Shown here: piece after piece, positions 18,501 through 25,856 of the stretch | Layout: the number at the start of each line of letters is the position of its first letter | Numbering within the stretch: the first letter of the stretch is position 1 | Virus record (IMG/VR): IMGVR_UViG_3300034147_000031 | Coordinates: 1-51,835 of that record | Length of the DNA stretch: 51,835 nucleotides | Strand: one strand, 5' to 3' | From: a virus | Lineage: Duplodnaviria; Caudoviricetes | Made by a program: the position numbers and the translations under genes | The notes under the pieces: generated by a model | What the model was told of the DNA's origin: nothing | Database searches by the model: none | The model's input: the letters and a program-made list of their open reading frames with translations, nothing else

Positions 18501-19193
18501 CTACCCCTCAGGAATGGCGGAAATCGTGGGTTCCTCAGGGTCTGTGTGTGTACCATGCGCGGTGGATATGGCCAGCATGGTGCCGCCCTCCACTACCTGT
18601 GTCAGCCTAGCGGCAAGCTCGGCCCTCGCCTCCTCGACCGTAGCGTGGACATGGCCGATCATGCCCTCATGCCGCACCGTAGTGTGGCCAGACAATGCGC
18701 CGCCCATTTCCTTCGCGGCCAACTCCAAGCCCTTCAGCGCGGCGTTGTAATCCTTTGATGTTGTTGCCTTTTCCACGATGCGGCCAACAAGGCGCAGCCT
18801 ATGGGACTGGTGCGCTATGGCCACCTGTGCCGTCCCCTCGACATAGGCTTTGCGGCACTGATCATAGTAGGTGCGGAGGGCGCGGCCCATGCGGCAAGTG
18901 GCGCGGCCAGCGTCATAGAGGGAGATATGGCGCTGATCTAGGTTGATGCCCCAACGCCTTCGCAACTCGGCGGCGATCTCGTTAACCCCTTGGAAACAGG
19001 CGAAACTTTCGACCACGAAACGCTTTTGCTCAAGAGTGAGGCCACGCACCGCAAGCATAACTTCAGGTGCTTTTTCGCCGTTCGCGTCCGTCTCGCTTTT
19101 TTTTTCGCTGGCCAATTCTTTCGCTTCGTCTGGCCTCTGAGGAAGAGGGGGGAACGTATCGGGGAACCGGGCGCGGTGCTTTGCTGTGGCCAT
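18501..19193 (-). CDS. DUF2280-family protein, putative terminase small subunit
   Basis: LTLEQKRFVVESFACF...IAHQSHRLR...LELAAKEMGG resembles the DUF2280 pattern. Confidence 0.7.
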   Translation of the reverse strand: MATAKHRARFPDTFPPLPQRPDEAKELASEKKSETDANGEKAPEVMLAVRGLTLEQKRFVVESFACFQGVNEIAAELRRRWGINLDQRHISLYDAGRATCRMGRALRTYYDQCRKAYVEGTAQVAIAHQSHRLRLVGRIVEKATTSKDYNAALKGLELAAKEMGGALSGHTTVRHEGMIGHVHATVEEARAELAARLTQVVEGGTMLAISTAHGTHTDPEEPTISAIPEG

Positions 19194-19364
19194 GGCCGGG
19201 TTTTACTCCGTGGCGCTGAGGTGAGGCAAGAGGGGAAACCTGAGCCTGAAAAAAGCGTGGCCATTGCGTGGCCACAGGGCAAGAAATTGAGCGATTTTGA
19301 CCCCGATTTCCCCTCTGAAAAATAATTATTTTGCGGAAAATGGCCATTGCTCGTTTATGACGGC

Positions 19365-19394
19365 TTGACAGTGTCATTTTGTCTCGACTATGGG
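19365..19394 (+). promoter_or_regulatory. probable early promoter with overlapping palindrome
   Basis: TTGACA-N18-TATGGG; TGACA-G-TGTCA palindrome over the -35 box; AT-rich upstream. Confidence 0.5.
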
Positions 19395-19399
19395 CCGAT

Positions 19400-19870
19400 T
19401 TCAATTTGTTTCAACGTCTCTACCCCTCCCGAGACGGCATATGCGGAGGGTGCAAATTTGTCGGTTCCCACAGGGCCGCAGCTAAGGTGGAGCAGGAGGA
19501 AGCGCCTCTCTTCACCGTCCCGGTAACGGGGCTGACGGTAACGGGACTGGTCGAAGGCGAGGAGGATGGCCCCGCTGCTCACTGTAGCAGCACCAGCCAG
19601 ACGCACCAGCCGGGGTGAGCGCACACCCGAAAGACCATGGTGAAACCGCCAAGCCAACGCCCTCCGGGGCTGAGGTAGGCCAGCCGGGAGGCTAGACGGC
19701 GAATTTGCAGGGTATTGAGAGGGGGCCAGACCCTGCTTTCCGCAAGGCGCCGCAAGGGGCCAAGCGGGCGGCAAGGCTGGACCCCCTCTCCTCTATCCGG
19801 TGGCCAGCGTTTGGCCATCGCATTGAGGAGAGACACCTCAAAAACAGTAACTTGAGTTTAATCGGAGGAG
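19400..19870 (+). ncRNA. candidate ~470-nt structured leader RNA
   Basis: 13-bp long-range helix 19451-19463/19697-19709 with G-U pairs, several GNRA-capped hairpins, no credible ORF. Confidence 0.55.
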
Positions 19871-19877
19871 AAAAACA

Positions 19878-21104
19878 ATGCCCAATTGGAACGGACAAGA
19901 AATCAGCGTCGAAGCGCACCGCATCGCCTTGAAGATCAAGGGAATTTGCGGCAGCGAGACGATGTCGGAGAGTTTTCCGGTCAGCGGTGCGGTGAAAACC
20001 CACCTCCGCAATTTCTACTCGGCGACGGGCGGAAAGCGCGGCACTGGACCGGATTGCTACGAGCCGACTGCCCGCGAATTTCGCCGCGTTTACAACGGCG
20101 TGATCAGCGGCGCTGCCCTCTACAAGGCGGCGATGAAGCAGCGCGGCGACAAGGCCGAAATCGAGGTCGTGGTCGAGACCGCTTCCAAGGAGGAAGAGGC
20201 GCTCAAGGCGCTGAAAGACCTCCTTGGCGGTGGCCAGAAGATCGACCCCGAGGCCGTGAAAACCCTTGCAAAGCAAGCGGTTGACGGTCGCATCGGCGAG
20301 GTGCTTTCGAGCATGGCCGGACTGATCGCTGACGAGGTGGCCAAACAGGTCCGCACCGTCAAGGTTCAAGTCGCTGGCCTCCCCGAGGTCAAAATCGACA
20401 ACGTCCACAAGTGCTTCGAAGAGTTGTTGCTCTACGTGGTGAACCGCAAAAACGTCATGATCGTCGGCCCCGCTGGTAGCGGCAAGACGTTCGTGGCCAA
20501 GCAATTGGCGAAGGCCGCTGGCCTCGATTTTTATATGTCGGGCAAGTGCGCCGACGAGGTGAAGATCACAGGCTACACCGACGCCAATGGCCAGTATCGC
20601 AGTGTCCAATTCCGCCAAGCGTTTGAATTTGGCGGGCTTTTCCTGTTCGACGAAATGGACGGCTGGACCGCTGACGCCCTGATCGCCGCCAATGCGCCAC
20701 TTGCTGGCGACAAAGGCGACTTTCCGGACGGCATGGTCGAGCGCCATCCCAACTTTGTGGCCTTGGCCGCAACCAACACTTTCGGGCGCGGTGCGGACCG
20801 TCAGTATGTTGGCCGCGAACAGCTAGACGCTGCTTCGCTGGACCGCTTCGCCGTGGTCGAATTCGACTACGACGAGGACTTGGAAATGGCCATTTCCTGC
20901 AACCGGGACTGGACCAAGCACGTCCAGAAAGTGCGGGCGGCAATCATGAAGGAAAAGGTGCGGCACGTTGTGTCGCCCCGCGCTTCGCTCGACGGTGGCG
21001 TCATGATCGCCGCTGGCTTGCCATGGGCGCGGGCTGAGGAAAGCTACATCTGGAAGGGCCTCGACACCGTGGTCCGCAACCGAGTTGTGGCGGCAATGCG
21101 CTAA
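19878..21104 (+). CDS. MoxR/CbbQ/CobS-like AAA+ ATPase
   Basis: Walker A GPAGSGKT, Walker B FLFDEMD, HPNFVALAATNT, LDAASLDRF, SPRA. Confidence 0.9.
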   Translation: MPNWNGQEISVEAHRIALKIKGICGSETMSESFPVSGAVKTHLRNFYSATGGKRGTGPDCYEPTAREFRRVYNGVISGAALYKAAMKQRGDKAEIEVVVETASKEEEALKALKDLLGGGQKIDPEAVKTLAKQAVDGRIGEVLSSMAGLIADEVAKQVRTVKVQVAGLPEVKIDNVHKCFEELLLYVVNRKNVMIVGPAGSGKTFVAKQLAKAAGLDFYMSGKCADEVKITGYTDANGQYRSVQFRQAFEFGGLFLFDEMDGWTADALIAANAPLAGDKGDFPDGMVERHPNFVALAATNTFGRGADRQYVGREQLDAASLDRFAVVEFDYDEDLEMAISCNRDWTKHVQKVRAAIMKEKVRHVVSPRASLDGGVMIAAGLPWARAEESYIWKGLDTVVRNRVVAAMR

Positions 21105-21206
21105 AATTTGCTCACTCTCCCAGAGGGTGGCCACTGGAAACGGTGGCCACCCCGAGGATAGGCTGAGCAGCCTAGCTAAGTGACTGATTTTGGAGGAGGA
21201 ATACCC

Positions 21207-22145
21207 ATGATTTACAGAGACGAACCTTGCAACATCAAGGGCATCGCGTTGCGGACCTCGCCATGGACGGCGAAGCGTCAAATTCTCGCCTATGGCGACA
21301 GTGTGGCGGATGTTGCTCAGTGGCTGCAAGACACCCCCGCCAAGTGGCGGCACAAGTCGAGCGGCCCCGGCAATCCCGCTTCACCGAGTTGGGACCTCAA
21401 CGCTGGTTATGAAGGCGCCCTGACGCTGGCCAAGGACGGCTGGCAGGAGGGCGTCGATATGATCGACGCTGCGCTTCACGCAATCATCCCCGCCGCTGGC
21501 AGGGAAGCGCGTTGGGGCTACGGCTACACTGGCGGAAGCGTCAACATCGGGCGCTACCTCACTGGCCATCCCAAGGCCATGAAAAACCGCCGCAAGCGTC
21601 AGAGCGGAAGCGCTCCGGTGCTTCATATCGTCGTCAACACCGTGGCGTCATGCGCCATCAACGCCAACCAAATGGCCAACTACGGTGCGGCCATCACTGG
21701 CCTGATCGACCGTCTGGAAAACACCGGCAAGCGCGTTCACGTTGATATGGTGATGGTCATCAAGGCGCAAAACGACATTCGGCTCTCGTTGGGCTGGAAC
21801 GTCAAGCGCGCCAGCGAACATATCGACCTTGCCGAGGTGGCCTTTGCCATCGCGCACCCTGCGGCCTTTCGCCGCATCGGGTTCGCAATGATGGAACGGA
21901 CCCACGCCGACGCACAAAATGGCCACTACGGCTACAGCGGAGACGCCAAGCCCTGTGACGTTCCCGACTACACCGAGGGGACGATGATCGTGGACGGCGT
22001 CAATCATCAGCCGACACGGTGCAACACCCCCAAGGACGCGCTGCGCCTTGCCATCGAGCAGCTTAACAAGGCTGCGGTGCTGGCTGGCCACGCGACCATC
22101 GACCAGCCCCTTATCCCCGAGGACGAGGAATTGTTCGCCTATTAG
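21207..22145 (+). CDS. VWA-like (CobT-like) partner of the AAA+ ATPase
   Basis: Follows MoxR gene; GGSVNIGRYLTGHP, HIVVNTVASC, AFAIAHPAAFRRIGF. Confidence 0.65.
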   Translation: MIYRDEPCNIKGIALRTSPWTAKRQILAYGDSVADVAQWLQDTPAKWRHKSSGPGNPASPSWDLNAGYEGALTLAKDGWQEGVDMIDAALHAIIPAAGREARWGYGYTGGSVNIGRYLTGHPKAMKNRRKRQSGSAPVLHIVVNTVASCAINANQMANYGAAITGLIDRLENTGKRVHVDMVMVIKAQNDIRLSLGWNVKRASEHIDLAEVAFAIAHPAAFRRIGFAMMERTHADAQNGHYGYSGDAKPCDVPDYTEGTMIVDGVNHQPTRCNTPKDALRLAIEQLNKAAVLAGHATIDQPLIPEDEELFAY

Positions 22146-22225
22146 GTTCGCCTATTGATACGTTCTGGCCAGCGCCTAGCAAGCGCTGGCCTAATCGCAT
22201 CAAGCGAAAATCGGAGGAAAAACCC

Positions 22226-24593
22226 ATGAAAAACAAGAATTTCGTCGCCCTTGAAGCAACCACGAACGGCGGCGAGGGCTTTGGCCGTCCGCTGGCCATC
22301 GCTCCGAAGCGCCCCGCGCTGAGCAAGGCCGAATTGCTGGCAGTGCTGAGCAACAAGGCCGACGCGCTGACGGGCATGGCCAACGCTTCCGACATTGAGG
22401 TCGAACGCGAGGGCTTGCGCTATCAGGCCCACGCGCTTCGCCAAGCGATTGGGATGCTCAAGGGCGCCTGACACTCCCTGAGAGGGCCGTGGCCACAAAC
22501 CACGGCCCCGACAATGGACTGCCACGGAGGAGAATACCCAATGACATACGACATAGTTGACGCTTGCGCCCTGTTGGCTCTGACGCCAGCGGGGACGCCG
22601 GAAGCCGAGTTGCGATCAATCCTGATCGCCGCCACCGACATTCCGGAAAACCGCATCGCTGTCTGTCTGGCCGAGTTGAACGCCAGCCAGATGATCAACC
22701 ATTTGCGCGGGCTGGCCATGCTTCACAAGGCGGTGACGGGCGAGGTGCAGACCCCGGCCACGCTCAAGGCCACGTTCCAAGGCGCGGTGTGGAACGACGA
22801 TGGCGAGGGCCATACCACCTACAAGGTGACGGTGCAGGACGAGGACGGAGGAAACTCCTCCGAAATCACCATCAAAAACACTTACTGACACTCTCCGAGA
22901 GGGCGGCATGGCCACGCTGTGCCGCCCCGACGATGGACTGCCAGAGGAGGAGACTACCCATGAAAGAACCGAATTTTCGCGCCGCCCTGTTGGGCATAAT
23001 TTTCGTTGGTTGTCTTGGCGGTGTGGCCGTGGAAACGGCCATGAAAGCCGAGACGCCGAGGCTCGTTGGCCTTGGCTGCGGCCCCGAGCGTGAAACGCTG
23101 GTGGCGGTGGAAGAGGATGATTTGCCGCCGCCCTGCTACGTGGTGGACACCCCGCAAAACCTGTGTGGCCACGACAACGCCACGCAGTGCGCCGAGTATC
23201 TTGGCGACGGTTACTGACGCGCTCTGGCCAGCGGCTCACCCCGCTGGCCTAACCGCATCAGCGGAACGGAGGAGGACCCATGAAAAATATCCTAGTGAAC
23301 AGCGAGTGCATCGTCCGCAAGGAGGATGGCCAACTGTTTTTCCTTGGCGTCACGCAGGACCTCAAGGACGCGGTGGACAGGTGCAACAGCCACACCCAAA
23401 CCGAGGAAGACTTGGCCACGCTGGCCGACCTTCCGGTGTGGGACGAGGACGTTGTGCCGATCATCGAAATCCTGCCAGCCAGAATTCGCCATTTTGTCTG
23501 ACACGTTCTGGCCAGCGCTTCACGGTGCTGGCCTAATCGTATCAGCGAGGAGAAAGATAATGAATGACGAACGGCCCAGCATGATTGTGCTGGACAAGGC
23601 CACTGCGCTGGCCGCTCTCGACGCCTTCGTGGCCACATGGGACGCCGGGGGCAGGGAACGCAGCAAGGTGGCCATCGAGGCCGAGTATCGCGCCGAGTTG
23701 CTGAGCGAGGCTCCGCGCAAGCGTGGCTTCCTGTTCTGGCGGCGCGAGACAACGGAAGCCGAGCGGCTGGCGTGGATGGAGGAAACTTGGGCTGAGCCAG
23801 CGCATGGCAACATCTACTGGCACCGCTTCTACGCCAAGAACAAGTTGGCCGGGAGAAACGCGAGGGTTGATGAAATTCGCGCCCTCGCTTCGGCCATACG
23901 GGCCACGCCTGACGGCACCGTGGTTCACATCAACGCGAATAACTGGAGGTACGTGAACATCAACAAATTCTGACACGTTCTGGCCAGCCTCACGTTGGGG
24001 CTGGCCTAATCGTATCAGCGAGGAGAACGACAATGAAAGACACCCAAGACTGGTTCGCCTTCGACACCAAGGCCAGCGCCGAGGAGGGGGCGGCCCTGCT
24101 CACCAAGGCGACGGGCGACAGGTGGCGCGTGGCCACACTTGGTGACAGGTGGCAAGCCACGCGGATGAAGAAGGTCCGCAACCTTATGAGCGGCAAGGAA
24201 ATCGAAATTCCTGTGGACACGCCGATTGGCTGCGACCCGTCGAGCGAAACCTACTGGTCGATGTAACTGACGCGCTCTGGCCAGCATCGCAAGGTGCTGG
24301 CCTAACCGCATCAGCGGAGGAGGAGGACCCATATGAGAAGCATGATCATGGGCGAGTATGAAAGGCTGACCACGCCGATTGTCGAGAAGCTGCGTTCACC
24401 CGCACTGATCGGCGCGTCGATAACGCTCCAGCCAGACGCGGCCAAGGCCGTAGCCGATGGCATCGAAAAGCTGGCGCAAGAAATCGACATCATCAACGCC
24501 AAGGCGCGGAGCAACCGCCAATGGCTGATGTTCGCGCTCGGCTTCATCGCCATCGACGCTGGCCTGTATTTGCTGGCCAGATTGGCCAACTGA
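22226..24593 (+). CDS. seven small early genes (22226-22471, 22541-22888, 22960-23217, 23280-23501, 23560-23973, 24033-24266, 24333-24593)
   Basis: Each has a strong GGAGG/GAGGAG RBS and is bounded by family A/B repeats; no recognisable function. Confidence 0.75.
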
Positions 24594-24679
24594 ACCTGTC
24601 ACCCCAAGAGCGTGGCTGCGGACCTAGTCCGTGGCCACGCCGATGATGGCGACAGCCAAAACTGAGAGGAGGAATACCC

Positions 24680-25558
24680 ATGGAAGAAATCGAGAATAGC
24701 TACGTGGTCTGCCCCGCTTGCGGGGTGAACCACAGCACCCTCGTCAAGCATCGTTGCTTCAAGCAGGACGAAGCCCCACCGCCACCGGAAAGCGAAGCCA
24801 ATGAAGGCGACGGTGACAGCGGCGAACAGGGCGACCAGCGCAAGGGCGACGGTGAAGGCGAGGGCGAGGGCGAAAGCAAGCCCGAGGAAGGCGAAGGCGA
24901 AGGCGAAGGCGAAGGCGAGGAGGAGCGTGAGGCTCCTGCCCCGCAAGCACCTGAGCCAGAAACCCCGCCTGTGGCCGTGGTCTGCACTGTGCTGAAATTT
25001 GCAGCACTGACCGCCGACTGCGCCAAGAACGGTTCGATTGAGGTGACGCTCACCGAGGACGGACTGCTCGTTTACGGCAACAACGGCGACGAGACAGCCG
25101 TGGCCACCATCCCTTGGGGTGAATTCGAAAAGCGTTCGACACTGGACGGCGAATTCTACGTGAAACAGGTGATCGACGAAGTCGATGGCAAACTCGCCGA
25201 CCCGTCGAGCGACGAGCGCAAGCTGGCCAAGCTGATCGAAGAGGCCAAGGCCATTCGTGACGCCGAAGCCGCGAAGCCGAAGCCGGAACCGGAACCACCT
25301 GCGCTTGTGTGGCCAGCGGTGCCGTTGAAGGCTGGCGATGTGGTCAAGCTGCGTAATGGCAGGGTCGATACGATCAGGGCGTTTGGCAGTCCGGACAACA
25401 GCAAGGGTGCAAAAATCCGCACCACCAATGGCTGGCATCATGCCGACACTGGCCGTTGGGGTGGCGCCATGAGCGACAATGATCAGGACATTGTCGAGTT
25501 GGTGGCCGCAGCACCGGAGGCCGTGAAGAAGGCGCGGGGAAAAAGGCAAGCCGCCTAA
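24680..25558 (+). CDS. hypothetical protein with EG-repeat acidic linker; possible -1 frameshift extension to 25770
   Basis: CPAC N-term, (GAAGGC)n tract; GGGAAAA at 25537-25543. Confidence 0.75.
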   Translation: MEEIENSYVVCPACGVNHSTLVKHRCFKQDEAPPPPESEANEGDGDSGEQGDQRKGDGEGEGEGESKPEEGEGEGEGEGEEEREAPAPQAPEPETPPVAVVCTVLKFAALTADCAKNGSIEVTLTEDGLLVYGNNGDETAVATIPWGEFEKRSTLDGEFYVKQVIDEVDGKLADPSSDERKLAKLIEEAKAIRDAEAAKPKPEPEPPALVWPAVPLKAGDVVKLRNGRVDTIRAFGSPDNSKGAKIRTTNGWHHADTGRWGGAMSDNDQDIVELVAAAPEAVKKARGKRQAA

Positions 25559-25856
25559 CGCTACCGCTCACCGAGGGCCAGCGGGTTATCCTTAGGGATG
25601 GCTCGTTGGCCACGGTGGGCAAGTGTGAAAGCGGCCCACCTGCACACCGCACCAGCAAGATCATCTTGGCCAATGGTGCGCCAAGTCAGTCCGTCTGGAC
25701 TGCGCTTGGCCGAGGCAACAAAACGAAGAGCATCGTCTACGACAGCGATGTTGTGGCCGACGCTGAATAATTGACGCTCCACCGGAGGGCCATGGCGTAA
25801 GCTGTGGCCCCGAGGACGGGTCGCCATTGCGAAACCGAAGAGGAGGAGAATACCCA

